64,000 bases of DNA from Chrysomallon squamiferum (GCA_012295275.1 CM022672.1:25854001-25918000); one strand, 5' to 3'; shown: positions 1 to 14,392, counted from the stretch's first letter. The notes: generated from the sequence alone by a model not told the origin. A program made the numbers and translations.

Positions 1-372
1 GGCATGCTTGAATATTTATTGATTACAAGCACGATTCAAATGGATGATTGGCTCAGTACTTCGATGGTACAGGAGCACTTTTGAAATCCATTGCTTTAGG
101 TTTTGTAGACAAAAATAAAACATAGATTTATAAAGAGTTTAAATGATTATACTGAAATGGTTAGATCTTGCTGTGATTTCTGTAATTATGACAACATAAC
201 ATAATAAGCTGCTGAGAGAAGTAAATATATCTAACTTCGACCACAGGGTGTGTGAAGTATTAGGTGACATAATTTGCTTGTTTTGTGCTTCTTGATTTGA
301 CCTGAAGGCGAAAACTGACGTATGTCTTTTTTAAAGTACATTATTAACCACTGGGAAAAAAAAAAAAAAAAA

Positions 373-424
<52 letters not shown>

Positions 425-729
425 TAGTTATTTAGTATTTTATTTTATTCATTTGCTTTTCTGTTACTGTTTCAATATTTCAAATATTAGGATTCAGTCG
501 TCATGTTTATTTAAATATTTTCATATTTCGATTTATTTATTTATTTATTTATTTTTATGTCGTTATATTTTTTCTTAATAATATATAATAACAACAAAAC
601 AATACACAAGAACTGAATAAACACGCGCACGCACACATATATATAATACGAATATTTTTACTGTACATGTAAATATATTATTCCTATTATTTAAAATGTT
701 CAGTTTCGTTCATAACAAATATAACAACA

Positions 730-796
730 AAATTATTATTATTATTATTGTTGCTGTTGTTGTTATTGTTGTTACTACTGTTGCTGTTGTTGTTGA

Positions 797-858
<62 letters not shown>
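730..858. repeat. (TTA)n/(TTG)n trinucleotide microsatellite
   Basis: Directly visible. It is the source of the poly-N and poly-I ORFs. Confidence 0.95.
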
Positions 859-859
<1 letters not shown>

Positions 860-1255
860 GAAAGAACATTATGACTGGGTAAACCGAACATTTAGAGATC
901 TAGAAATCTGCACATATTTTTCCGTTACTAACTAACTAACTTGTTAACCTGGATTACGCTTTGTGAACTGTTTTAAGTCACATTTGCATCGAAGGGATAC
1001 TCAGACAGACAGATAGAAACACCAGACAGTCAGACAGACTCTCGACAAAGCAGTCTTTATTCAGTTAATAACTCTTTTGTCAAAGAACGCCAACACGTTA
1101 TAACAATTATTAAATCTTAATAAACGTTGACTTAATGCTATCTAAAAAATAATCCCAAGCTTTCTTTTGTTTCGAAATGAATGCAAAAGTGTCGCATAAG
1201 GTCAAAGAACTGGACAAGAATGTTAATGTACGGTAAAGCAGTCTCTTGTTTAATA

Positions 1256-1288
<33 letters not shown>

Positions 1289-2084
1289 ACAAAATAAAAT
1301 AAAGAAATCTACCAGGAAGTTTAATAACCTGTGGATATAACAGAATACACGAGTATAAATAGCGGTTGCAACCTGAAGTTATGAACGACAGGCTAAACAG
1401 AGCAAGCAAGTCGTGATGAGCTATTTAATTATTAATAACATCCATTAATTATAATTATTTTACAACTCTGATTTCTGACCGGTTCTTAGCAATGACTCCC
1501 TGAGATAAAATCCACAATAAAGTTACATTTTCTAATATCGTATAAAACTTGTAATAAAAGTAAATCAATAGTAGTTACACATATTAATTATGTTAATTAC
1601 TAATTGTTTTGCGTATAAGATGATAGACATAAACATAATTATTTACACGATGTAAATGTGTAAATAATTATGTTTACGTGCGTTTACAAAATATTATTAT
1701 TAATAATAATAATAATATAATAATAATAAAAATAATAATAATAATAAAAGAGAAAAAATCGGAGAAAAGAGGAACAAAACAAACGCATACAAATATTAAC
1801 ATTAAAACGGCTCTAAAAAATTAAATATTTATTTTCTGTTAGCACTTTTCGTACTTAGCTGGGAAACTGAAGAACGTGTTTGAAACTCGATTTGACTGTC
1901 AGTTCCCAAAACAGTGTGGTTTTTCCATTTGTCTGACTTGACGAGAGATATTTTTCGATCGTTGATCAATAGCTTTACGTGTACAGTCTGCAAAGTGTGA
2001 AGTCTTTGTAAAATATTCCTTTCTTTTTTTCTCCAGTTAAATTCGTGTAAAACAGATGCAGTTGTTCTAGTGCATGCGATATTT

Positions 2085-2530
2085 TTCTTTTTTCTTTTTT
2101 TTTTTTTTTTTTTTACTTACTTTACTATTAATGTATTTTTTTTGTTGTTGTTGTTGTTATTATTATTATTTGTCCATGAAAAATTGTGTGGGTATTTTTT
2201 TTTTTAAATTAATAATAACGGCACATTCTATGGGTTATTTTTTTTTTTTGTTGTTGTTGTTTTGTTTGTTTGTTTGTTTTATTTTTATTTTTATTATTTT
2301 ATTTTTGTTGTTGTTGTTGTTGTTGTTGTGTTATTATTATTATTATTTAATTTATTTTCATTTTTTGTTTTTGTTTTATGTAATTTATTTGTTTATTTAT
2401 TTTGTTTATTATTATTATTATTATTTTATTATTATTATTTTTATTATTATTTTTTATTATTTCATTTTTTAAATATAATTTATTTATTTATATGTTTGTT
2501 TGTTTGTTTATTTATGTGTTTGTTTAATAT
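2085..2530. repeat. T-rich low-complexity block of (TTA)n, (TTG)n and (TTTG)n
   Basis: Directly visible. It is the source of ORFs 2074..2472 and 2262..2633. Confidence 0.9.
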
Positions 2531-3107
2531 TATATTCCCCACTGATGTAAACAGTTTCATTTTATCCATACGACTCTTCCTTCTTTTAACCTGTCCTCGC
2601 AATATTTCTTCTTCTTTTTCTTCTCTTTTTTAAGGTCGTATTCATCACAGACACTATGGCGCAGATAAAAAGGATTAAATCACCGTCTGCCTACACGTGA
2701 ATCGTAATCCTTCATCATTTCCTTTCTATAATTGATCAATTTGCTTTTATCAATAGTATTTCAACACCGCGGTAAAATTAATGTGATTTATTGGGATATT
2801 TTTAACACTGGCCGGATTTTATCGATGAGATTGAAGCGAGTCACGAAATACCACTCGCAAACGTCACGAAGCCGTCTCTTCGTAAATGTCGATCTGACGT
2901 CACGATGAAACACACCGCTGATGAAGTCATGCGAATGGTAATACGATTAAGTTGATTTTTATTAATCTTCGTTAAGTCTGGACAGCATTGTTAATTAAAA
3001 TTTATTGTTCTTCGTGTAGCGACATAAAAAAATTTCCCGGAATTTTCAATTCTGGGTTACTTTTTATTATCAGTTGCATAAAGGTGAAACGTCACAATCA
3101 TACTTAC

Positions 3108-3131
3108 GTTTCACGCTGTTTGACGTAGAAA
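3108..3131 (-). other. Candidate 24-nt microexon of an unidentified gene
   Basis: Minus strand reads taacttaacattttcttgcacag|TTTCTACGTCAAACAGCGTGAAAC|gtaagt: branch-like CTTAAC, pyrimidine tract, CAG, and a consensus GTAAGT donor. The length is divisible by 3. Confidence 0.4.
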
Positions 3132-3543
3132 CTGTGCAAGAAAATGTTAAGTTACACAGAATTGGTAACATAACATCGTCACAATCTTATCCGAAACCTT
3201 CATGAATAAAATAGAAGAAGGGACTAAATGCTTCCGCAAAAGAGTCACAGGACGAACACAGATGGCGTTGTGCATAGTGCTCGCTCTATGCTGGGATGTC
3301 CCTCTGTTTCGTCAGACTATTTAACATCAATAACAACAAAATAACCGAATAAATAAATAATTAAAATCGATCAGTAAGAGGTTATTCTTAAAAAAAAATT
3401 CTTGAAAATTAATGTAATAAATCATGTTTTGGTGATGATTATATTGTTTCTTCTTCTTCTTCTTATTGTTGTTGTTGTTGTGGTGGTGGTGGTGGTGGTG
3501 GTGGTGATTGTTGTTGCTGTCATTACTGTTATTGTTGCTGTTG

Positions 3544-3586
<43 letters not shown>

Positions 3587-6533
3587 TACTGTTATTTCTT
3601 GGTTGTTATTACTGCCACATATAAAAATTATGCTGATTACTTTGTTGATTGTATTTAATACATATTATTATTTCTGTTGTTACCTTCTTTCACTATAAAT
3701 GTATCAAGGGTAGGGCATACCCGGCGGTCCCCTTGTTATTTTTCAGTTCGATATTTTCTCCTGTAATTTCATTTTGAAAATAATATCTTTCACAGTCACT
3801 GCGCAGACCTATCTTTTTTTTCTTCTTCTTTTTTTTTTTTTTTTTTTTTTCCTGCATTACTGGATCTCCACTGGATATAAACAATTATGCTAATGAGATT
3901 ATTGTTAATGGAAGAGTACTATTAATACTATATTTAGTAACAGTGGTGTGTGCTTAAAGACGGAGTCACTGATCGCCGTATGGTTTACCAAATGGAACAC
4001 TTATTTTGTTATGGTCTTATAAATGGATAGCACCCACACTGTCAATTACCAGCTATCGGTGTCTATATTTGTCGTTAATTTCGGTGTGACAGCGATATTA
4101 GTAATTTCAGCGAATCTTTCAGTTCGGTTTGCTTTGTCCAGCAAATAAACACGTGTTCGCATAGATCTAAAAATAGCGACCAGCTGAAGTTAATGGTAGC
4201 GAAGAGAGCATGTAAACATGACGAAAACCTAAAAATAATCAGACGACAACAACAAAAATCAATACGGCCCAGAATGAATTTACCGATAAATTACCGTCCA
4301 TCCCAGAAAGTCGGCGAGGTCTGTTTTTAAAATCTAATGTGGAAACTGTCCCATAAAAAAAAAAAAAAAAAAAAAATCAAGAATTGTAAATATTTTGAAA
4401 GCGTATGTTTCGGTTTCAGTTAATTTCCCTCACCCCCACGCCTTAAAAGTCACGCCTGTGTATGATATCGTTAACTTTTATCGAATTTAATTATTACGGA
4501 GCTCTTGTTTTTGTGGAGGAATCACCACGGGTGTAAGAATTAGTTGTGGTGGGAGGGAAGGCACGTTGTTATTACGAAGTAACAGGTGACATAAATCGAA
4601 AATTTTATGTTGTTTTTGTAATAATAGTTGTAACTATCTGATTTTGGATATATTTATTTATTTATTTATTTATTGTTGTTGTTGTTGTCATTATTTTTAT
4701 TATAACACTTATAAATAAAGATCAACAGTTACATTGTAATATAAATGAATGAAGATTAACAGTGGTTAAATGAAAGTATTGTTCATCAATGAGTCGATTT
4801 GCGTCAGTTCATTAAACCGTTTCCCAGGTGATTTTTCAGAGGAAGTGCAAAGGGAGACATTTTGTCTAATTAACTTTGCCCATTGATACGATTCCCATGT
4901 TTCGTCACGCGCTGACATTGTGACGTGTCTGATGACGATCGACCTTGAGTCAAACGCGACACCTGGAAGTACCCAAGTTTCTTTCAATGATAAATTAATG
5001 AATATATATTGAACATATATAAATGGATATCAGATAACTGAATTTTTATTTTTATTTTGCACTGAATGAACATGAACGTCATTGGAAACAGGATAAGATG
5101 TATACATTTTTTTTTTTTTTAAAGAAACAAAAGTCGCAGTACACAAGGAATCAGTTGACCCTGGGCTCAGCTTTTATTTACATCATTCAGCCTAAGAAAT
5201 AATTAAGTTCGGCTCAAGTTCGGATCTGCAAATTGTGAAAGACCAGGCACTGAAAACGTGTTAATTAAAAGCGAGCATGCTGATGTGTTTATTCTCTAGT
5301 GAATTAAGATGTGAGTGCAAACTTTGAAAACAATTTGATTTTAATAGTAAGTACAGGTTCATGTAGGTTGTATTGTTGTATCAAACTATGACGATAATAA
5401 TAACAGTAACAACAACAATAACATAAAACAAAAACAATAAATAATAAAAATTAATAAGCAAAGAAAGGATAGACGAAATTAATGTAGCAAAATAGAAAAA
5501 AAAAAAAAAAAAAACACTGAAAAAGCAAACATTATCTATTCAAGTAGTAAATCGATATAAAAAAGAAAGAATCAATAATAATAAATAAATAAATAAATGT
5601 AAAAATGAGTAAACAAATATTTCAAATTGTTTCCATGAGCAAGAATCTCAAGGTTCTGTTTTCTTCTTTCATTATTCCATGACGCAATAACAAATAGGTT
5701 TTGTCAATGACATTGAAATTGTTAATTACCAGAGATTCAGAAAGGTCAGGCATCTTTGGACCATTCTCTGGGTTATTTCCCTTTCATTCAAATCTCCATG
5801 ACTTGCTTGTGAAATAAGTTTTCCTTGCTGCTAAGAATATGTAGAAGTAATTGGTAAATGTTAGTGGAATTATCATTGAAAAAAAAATGGCAATTAATAA
5901 CCCTTAACAATAAAGTATTAAATATGTTTAATATGTTAGTCAATCCATGAAATCAGTCATTTCATGAAATACCTAAAATGTTAAGTCATTTCATGAAATG
6001 CCTATAAATGACAACTTTTTTCCCAAAATACCTGAACATAGATCAGAACCTGTGTGTAGTATATGCTCATTTATCATATTCTGTATTTTTCCAGTCATTC
6101 ACGTTCTGTTATTGCATTTATAGGATACTTTCAACAGTTGAGACAAACTCAGTTTATTGTTCTTAATAGTTTCTTTTCATTCTGTCATTATGAACAGACA
6201 GACTAGAACTATGAAGTATATCTAAACCTGCATGTGATTTTAATGATCAAAGCCTAATTACATTAAGAGCTCACCACTTAGAACAATGAAGTGAGTTCAC
6301 TTGGTGTTATGCTCAGTGACAATGTATAAACAGTTTCCAATTTGGATCCAATTTTTATGCCAATAAGAAGTTAAAGATATTTAATATTTACCCTCTAATT
6401 TGTTCTGATTTTACTATTCCATGCAATGTCATGCAACCTTTTAGAATTATAATAATATTTATAATGACAATTATTATTATTATTTATTTATTTATTTTTA
6501 TATGTGATTTTTTTCTTCAGCAAAATGAAAAGA

Positions 6534-6579
<46 letters not shown>

Positions 6580-7883
6580 CAAAATTATTTTAATAAAGAA
6601 AGAAAGAAGAAAGCTAAAATGAATAATTTCTTTCTCTGCGTGAAATTTTCTGTCATAATAATAAATAGATAATACAATTTTTATTTAAATATTACATTTA
6701 TCAGTCAGAAATCGAGAATAAAACACATTTCAAAATCCAACAGGAATTCATCCCTGATGATCATTCGATCCAGAGATCTACCAGTTTTAATTCACTGCTA
6801 GATCAACATTACGGCATAGACTCGACTTTTATCTGAGATGAATATAACCAGAGTTGAGATTCTGTCTAATGTTATTGGTTTTCCCTTGAAGCTAATATTG
6901 TTCAAGTCAGTAGAATTATTAAATTGTTATTCTTCTGTTGCTTGCATCTTCCTCAAAGTGACAATTTTATCTGCTGATAAACCGAAGCCATAATTTATAT
7001 GTCAGTTCTTCCTGTGTTAATCCGGCATTGCCTTCAGTTTTATAGACACTTTTATGCACAGCTGGATTTGCTTAGGGACCATGCAGCCTAAAGCAGTGTT
7101 CTGTGAGAGGCAAATAAATGTTTGACTTGAGAAAGTTACAAAAATAAAATGAATAAAAGATATTGCACACACCATCCTCACATACACACACACACAAACA
7201 CACAGACATGTGCACACACAAACACACTTGCACAAACATAATTTTGTTGCTGTTGTTGTTAGTTTGTTTCATGCAATGAATAAATATTATTTATAATACG
7301 AATAACAACATAAATAACACAACAGGAATCACACCACCAGTACCAAACAAGTTTTGTGGTTAATGACTGTAAAATACAATTTGCCCAGTGGGGAGAAATT
7401 CTTCTGATACAAGTTCGTCTGAAGAAAATCAAATACTTTAAATGATATTTTGGACTTTAAACTTCTAACATGTGTCTTGTTCTTAGCTGTATGCCAATAA
7501 TATATTTTTAAAATATATAAAATGTATAATTTACTACATGAGATATTTGTTATAAGCGTATGTTTTGGACCCAGATTTGACTTTTAGAATAACAACCAGA
7601 TGACCTTTAAAGAGTTCTGTGAAAACATGTTTTTGTAACGGAGTACAAATATTTAGCAAAATTTGGAATTGTCCTCATTTCAAAGGGCATTTAATGGAAA
7701 GAGCACAGCGGTAGAATGTGTTTAAGATGTATTCGATAATCTATCGATTCTCAGATGGCTTCGCTGCTATTGATTCAGCGCAGCTCGTGGTCAAACAAAC
7801 TAATTTCAACTCTGGTCATTTCTTTCAACTCTAGGCTTTCATCATGGAGCAGCGTTCTTGTCAACATGGTACTTCATTCGCAG

Positions 7884-7913
7884 TGACGTCACGATGGAGC
7901 TTTGCTGACGTCA
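7884..7913. promoter_or_regulatory. Pair of full palindromic CRE sites (TGACGTCA at 7884-7891 and 7906-7913)
   Basis: Two perfect CREB/ATF octamers 22 bp apart in CpG-retaining sequence, with a third at 2895-2902. Function is inferred only. Confidence 0.45.
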
Positions 7914-8864
7914 CGGTGATTGATTGCGCGTATTAACCAGGCTTCCGAGAGATGATGAAAAAGTTCAATGTTTGGTTTTGTAGATAGAAGTGCTTTAGGT
8001 GAGGGCCATGGGCACAAAATATCAATAATAGATCAGCCCGTCTTTCAGCCGGTCGTAGAAAAAAACACATAATAAAAATAACGTCTCTGGATTCAGTTGC
8101 AAAGCCATCACACGTCTTGCTGTTTTCGTTGAAACGACAGAGCAGGTCATGAGCTAACTCTCGTAGCTAACGCACGTTATTAAAGAATATTATTTTTATT
8201 TCGAAAAAGGAAAAGTTTGTTTCGTCATTAATTTACATGATGTGAAATTTGTTTTATGAAGTTTAGAACTGAAATATATGAATCTATGTGTGTGTGTGTT
8301 TATGTATGTATTCATGTATGTATGCATAACGTATCTGTACCTATATATGCGTGTGTGCGTATGTACATGTGCATGCATAAAAAAGAGGTAAATATTATAT
8401 ATGCATTATAATTAAAATTTGCATAATTACAGTCCTCGACAACATTTTTAGAAATAAAATAATTCAGTGGCATGATCAAATTAGGCTCCATTTAAAGTAC
8501 AGAAGCGTGGTATAGTCAGCTAGATCATCTAAATTGATATTTAAATTGAACGTGGGCATTTTAATTCTATTTTACTTTCACCTTCCTCATCATCTTTTTT
8601 GATGCAAACTGTCGTAGGAAATTTAACACCACATTTCAAGGTTACTGGTAATCGTCAGGAAATTGATATGACTAATTTGAAATGACCTAAGGACAACAAT
8701 TTAAACTTTGGATTAAATGAAAAATGCAGTTTCATGTTTTCTGGAGAGAAATCATGGCATTTGCAAATAGACCAATTGATTGTTCAATTTCGTAACAACT
8801 GTTTCTCTTATTTCTAGGATTTTCATTGCAGTAATTCATTTTGCCCACACCATCTCATTATTTT

Positions 8865-8868
<4 letters not shown>

Positions 8869-8936
<68 letters not shown>
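8869..8936. repeat. (AG)n microsatellite
   Basis: Directly visible. Similar (AG)n tracts lie near 37390, 46937, 55942 and 57710. Confidence 0.97.
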
Positions 8937-8938
<2 letters not shown>

Positions 8939-9000
8939 AACTCACATATAGGAATAAATAAAGGATGAGATCAATTAATGGGTAACTGTAAATAAATAAG

Positions 9001-9042
<42 letters not shown>

Positions 9043-9416
9043 ATTTATCTTTCCATTTTACGTCATTGCATTGCATCATTCCGAACGATTTTTCTTTTTT
9101 TTTTTTTATTTTTTTTTTTTTTAATAATAAAAATAAAAATCTGCATGACATTGCATGCGATAGCGATTCATAATAAAGCAAAATTAGAAAATATTAAGTG
9201 TACGAGTTTCAGGCACGCGATGTGTAACAGAAAAACATTGGATTAACTAAGTATGACGTTACCACTCGTTACTGATGTCGACTGATGCAATTCACGTACA
9301 GTTTAAAAGACAGGCTCGCTGTAACGGTGCTCAGAGCACGTTTTCTTCTTTTTTTACCGCGAGAATAAAATTAAATAAACATCAGCACTTTATAAACACC
9401 TGCAAGTTGTAATATC

Positions 9417-9472
<56 letters not shown>

Positions 9473-11454
9473 AATAAATAAATAAATATTGGAGTTACCA
9501 TCGTTTTAAAATGTTATATGAAAATTGTTTATTCAGATAAAACGAAAAGAAAATGTTCTGTTTCTTATGGAGGTAAGTCTGTTTTGCGTATGGAGGATAC
9601 TGCGGACAGACAATAGAAATTAAAACAAATTCGAGATATTATAGATAGGTAGTTAAATCAATAAAAAAAAATTGTGGTTGTTTTTAAAAATAAAATCATA
9701 TTTTTATTCTTTTTTTTTTTTTTTTTTTATGGTTTGTATATAAGTATGCTAATGGACAATATGGCATCCTATTTCATATTTGATGAATGTCATAAAAATT
9801 TTCGTACGATGCAATAACGGACGTAGACAGCTATTTATTTGCAGTATTTCTTTCTGTCCAAAATGTCATTGCTTTTTAAAATAATTATTATTCTGACTGA
9901 GAGGAAAACCCAAATGAAAGCCTTGAGTATTTAAATTCATAAAGATCCACAATAATTAACTATATGATCTCCATTAACTGGATAAATTAATGACTGCAGA
10001 GTTCAAGGTCTGTAGATCGGCTCATCTGCAGCTAGCAGCTTTGTTCATCTGCAGTTTGTAATAATGTCAGCCAGATGAGTGAAAATGGTTTTAAATTCAC
10101 AGTGTATAAAAAAAAAAAAAAAAAAAAAAAAAAGAAGAATAACAACATAACATACACATGAGAAGATAATATATAGTTTTAACATAAATAAACTAAAAAT
10201 AATTAAAAGAATAACTAGATAATTTATTTTCTATCTCTACTGAATAAAGGGTTTCCAAACGGCTATTCCCAAAGCTCCAGTTGTTTGTATCTGAAGAGAA
10301 GTATTTTAATAAAATAATAATAAATAAATAAAATTTCGCTCTCTCTCAGTATATATATATATATATATATATATACACGTTTGTGTGTGTGTGTGTGTGT
10401 GTGAAGGTAAGTAAACAAATGTGAATTAGTGTATCATTGTGACGTTTTAAAAATAAAATAATACTCAAACAGCTAGTGTCAGGGAGATAACTCTTTCCAA
10501 CAAATTGTATTTAGTAGATTTGCATGGCTCATTTATTTTATTTTTATTTATTATGCATACTGAAGAGATTTAAAACACATTTAAAACATAATACACGATT
10601 TTTCAGTTCTACCTTCTAATGATAATATTCAATTGTTTGGACTGGAATTTAAAATATATAAGTACTCTTCTTCTTTCTTTTCACAATTTAAACCAGCAAG
10701 ACAAAATTAGCTGTCTGATGGACAAGTATCAAATTGGGTAAATTTTCAGATGTTTTGTTATTTTAATTAGACTTACCAACATTACAACATTTAGTATTTC
10801 TTTTCCTTATGAATTAGAGTTTCCAGCCTTTTTAAAAATAATATATATTTTTAATAATAATAATAATAATAGTAAAAACTCTGAACACAGATGTTGATAG
10901 AAAATATAAAATATTTTCTGATTTATTTTTGAAACCGGATAGGCAGACATTAGGTCAACAAATGAATAAACAAAGTGAAAATATTACCTGCATACTACCA
11001 CCAAAGACTTTTAGTTTTGTGTGTCAAATATCAAATTTTTTTTCTTCCTAAAAACCCAGGACATAGAGAATTCTTTTATAATCAGTCAAAAATAAAAATA
11101 TTAAAAAAAAAAATAATACAAAAAAATTAATTCTAGTTAAATTAGAAAAATTTACACTTAAAAAAGAAAAATCTTAAAAAGGAAACCAATACATCTATTG
11201 CATTTTGAAATTTAAAATTAGAAATCAGTTTTAACATTTTAAGCAAACACTATATAGTGAAAAATAAAATTACTCCAAATATTGAAAAATAGAAAATAGT
11301 TATAGAAAATACTGAAAAATATTACATATTAAATATATTTATTCTGTTTTGTAATATTTTATATCATATTACCTCAACATTTGAATTAGTTTAATTAACA
11401 ATTAGTATAATATCACTACCAAATTGGATTAACAAACCAACAGCTTTAACAAAC

Positions 11455-11485
<31 letters not shown>

Positions 11486-13089
11486 ATAAAAACAGCAAAC
11501 TGATTCCAAGACATTAACAAAATTAAACTTTTCCAAAGGAATTTTCAAGTTTGTTACAACATAATATTATAACAACTTAATGAATAAATTCTATAACAAA
11601 ATAAATAACTGGGAATAAAAAACCTGAGGAAAAATGTAAGAAAATATAATTTATGTCATATAGGATACATTGCTTTCTTTCTTTTATTGATGTATTGATT
11701 TAGTTTTTCATTGTGCTGCAAAAATATTTCCAACATCATTTTTTTTTAATACCATGTAATAATAATGACTTTACTGAAAACTTGAAAATAAATTATTCGT
11801 GTCACTAGTCTTAAAGAATAATCTCTTTTACACCCATAATTAACATTTTGTTTCAAAATACTATCCTGTAAATCTGCCTTCTCACACTGTTGGGCACAGT
11901 TAATTTCAAGCTATACATTTTTTTCAAAAATCCATCAAAAATAACCAGGTGATGAATGAAGAACAAAGGCAGTGAAAAAATGCAAGGTTTTTAAAATTAT
12001 TGTTTCAGATGTAAAACTGATTCTATGGAGAAAATGAAATGGTAACACCTCATTTGAAAAATATACAAAATCAATTCAATTCACTCCAAATAAATAAATA
12101 AATAAATAAGAAAAACAACTGTTTTAAGAAATTTTACACTTCCCAGCAATATTTAATGTTGCTAAATTAAAAATATTTCTCAAGCTGCATAATCTTTAAA
12201 TGTAATGCATAATTAAAATTATTTATGAGTTCTATACCTCATTTTAACAATAATGGTATGTTAAGATGCACATATCAGTAAACGAGATAAATCTACGATA
12301 CAAAATCACAGATGTAGAAGACTAAGTTGAAAACTTCAGACTGATACCTTTGTACAAAATTGTTTTAATCTAGTTTTGTGTCTTGGTCAATGTCAAGGTA
12401 ACTGATGAGTAAACATTAACAAAACAATACTGTGATCAACATCCAATCTTTTGAAAACCAGATTATAATATTTTGTGAAATTTGTAAAATTATTATTCCA
12501 ATGAAAATCTTTTGTGACACTTTTTGATGTAAAAAATTAAAAATGAATGCATTGCAAATAGTGAAACTTGAATAAGGATTTTTGCTTATAATACCTTCTA
12601 AACATTGGTCTAAATAAAAACATTTTTAATACAGTTGTATAATGCTAATTAATAATCAGTCTTAAAGAAGAATATATACATTTTATGGTTATAAGATGTC
12701 AGATTTTCATTTCATTTTTTTTTTTTTAAATAATAAAGAATTAGTTAATTATTTTTGATCACTAGGCCAAAAAAAATTAACTAATTTATTTTATAACAAT
12801 ACACAAGACCGAAAAAAAAAAAAAAAAAAAAAAAGAACCCACACATACTTATGAAAAGACAAATACAAGCTAAAAGTCTTATAAATATTACATTCGTGAC
12901 CTTAATTCCCTGCACTATGACGGTTTTGTTCTAGCAAACATGCAGTCTATATATTAACAGGCAACCATGGTTAACACACATTCTGGAATAATGCCAGTGT
13001 GATGGTGACTGATGAAAAATCACCAGGAACTGGACCTCACTGAAACCGGTTATATGAAACAGCCATGGTCTTGTGCAGTGGGAATAAAA

Positions 13090-13155
13090 TCAAGACTTAA
13101 GGTAGCGTGGAACAAACTCTGGTGCCTCAGGGTTCAGCTTGCTGTTTAGGACAAC
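13090..13155 (-). CDS. PAIP2: PAIP2 (polyadenylate-binding protein-interacting protein 2) coding exon 3 of 3, carrying the PAM2 motif and stop
   Basis: Hand translation gives VVLNSKLNPEAPEFVPRYLKS*. SKLNPEAPEFVP matches the PAM2 consensus (SxLNxNAxEFxP-like). The acceptor is ttttcctctgctag|GTT, phase 0, and TGA lies at 13092-13090. Confidence 0.95.
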   Translation of the reverse strand, partial: VVLNSKLNPEAPEFVPRYLKS

Positions 13156-13757
13156 CTAGCAGAGGAAAAAAAAAACATTTATAAATAAATAAACAATCTG
13201 CAAATGTATAAATACATACATAATCTTTTGAGCTTTTTTGGATGCAGTCTTAAAGTTATAAATAAAACTAAATTAATGGTAAATTTAAAAAATAAATAAA
13301 TAAAAAAATCTTGAAGAAGACCAAACCCCTCCTACATATGAGTCTGCTCAGCCCATACATAAAAACATACATTGATTATTAGATCTAGAATAGTTGATGA
13401 AAAACTGATTTTGCTTTTTTCTAAAAATCTTTAAATATTTTCATTGAAAAACAAAAATGGTATTCACCAAACTAAATGAATAATATAAACATATTAATAT
13501 CTACAAACATATAAATTATGATATTATTATATAAACTTGAGGTTTTTAATTTTCATATTAATTTTATGCAATCTTAAACTCTTTAGATAATGAGATAAAC
13601 ATTAACATCTGTGTAACATTACAAATAAATCATTTTCATAACAAAAGTGTTGCTGCTTTAATTTATAAATGACCGCATTTGCATTTAATTCTATATCAAT
13701 AAACTGTATTTATATGAAAAATGACACTTTTTGATTTCTATATGTTAGTTTGCTCAC

Positions 13758-13940
13758 TTCTTCAGATATGTTGCTGCTGATGTCCAGCTGGCGTAGAGAA
13801 TCCTCCAGACTCCCGTGTACCTCGGGGATCTGAGGCAGAAACTGACCGTGCGTGTTCTGGAAGTGGGCAGCCTCCTCCTCAGCAAACATTTCCTCAAAAC
13901 ATGCCTCAATGAAAGCCTCCTCTAACAGTTCTTCCTCTAC
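13758..13940 (-). CDS. PAIP2: PAIP2 coding exon 2 of 3, acidic PAM1 region
   Basis: 183 nt, phase 0-0, acceptor aattatttag|GTA, donor GAA|gtgagc. It translates VEEELLEEAFIEACFEEMFAEEEAAHFQNTHGQFLPQIPEVHGSLEDSLRQLDISSNISEE, resembling the PAIP2 signature VEEEL.EEEFIERCFQEMLEEE. Confidence 0.95.
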
Positions 13941-14272
13941 CTAAATAATTAAGACAATAAAAAAAAAATATATTTGTTCTTCTTCTCCTTAAATATTAAA
14001 ATAACATGATTTTTATATTTTTAACGAACCAAAAAAAAAAAAAAAAAAACAGTTGCTAATGATGGTGAGTTTTAAAATCATATTCAAAGTTATTCTATAA
14101 CACAGAACTAAAAAGTACATTAAATTTAACAAAACACTTTTTGTTTTATTTTTAAGAAAACATAAATAAATTGTAACTTTTAAGCTACAGTTTTGAACTT
14201 CTTAGATTTCTTGATTTTAAACATTTAAACTTAGAAATCTATTTTTCAAAGGTTCTAAAGAAAAAGATTTAC

Positions 14273-14392
14273 TTGTCTGTCAAATTCATCTAATTCTTCA
14301 GCCATCCACATATACTCGGAGAAATCAACTTCAACATTAGGAGTGACATTTTCTCTTGCCTCTTCTTCAATAAGTCCAGGAGGGGTTCTCAT
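14273..14392 (-). CDS. PAIP2: PAIP2 coding exon 1 of 3 (exon starts at 14413 with 21 nt of 5' UTR)
   Basis: Translates MRTPPGLIEEEARENVTPNVEVDFSEYMWMAEELDEFDRQ, with the PAIP2 hallmark F.EYMWM..E.EF.RQ. Acceptor ttttttcttcttctag at 14414, in-frame TAA upstream of the ATG, donor CAA|gtaaat in phase 0. The spliced product is 122 aa. Confidence 0.95.

Noticed and set aside
308-319. Plus-strand 12-nt microexon-like pattern (ctgaag|GCGAAAACTGAC|gtatgt)
   Set aside because: The GAAG acceptor is weak, there is no supporting plus-strand gene, and it is on the opposite strand to the better candidate at 3108-3131.
687-3884. ORFs with poly-N, poly-I, poly-F, poly-V or poly-K runs here and similar ones throughout (e.g. 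23314, 26683, 33067, 35854, 59377)
   Set aside because: They are translations of microsatellites and homopolymers with no domain or splice support.
12088-12108. (UAUU)n AU-rich element in the presumed PAIP2 3' UTR
   Set aside because: (AAAT)n microsatellites are common across the window, so this is not specific evidence.
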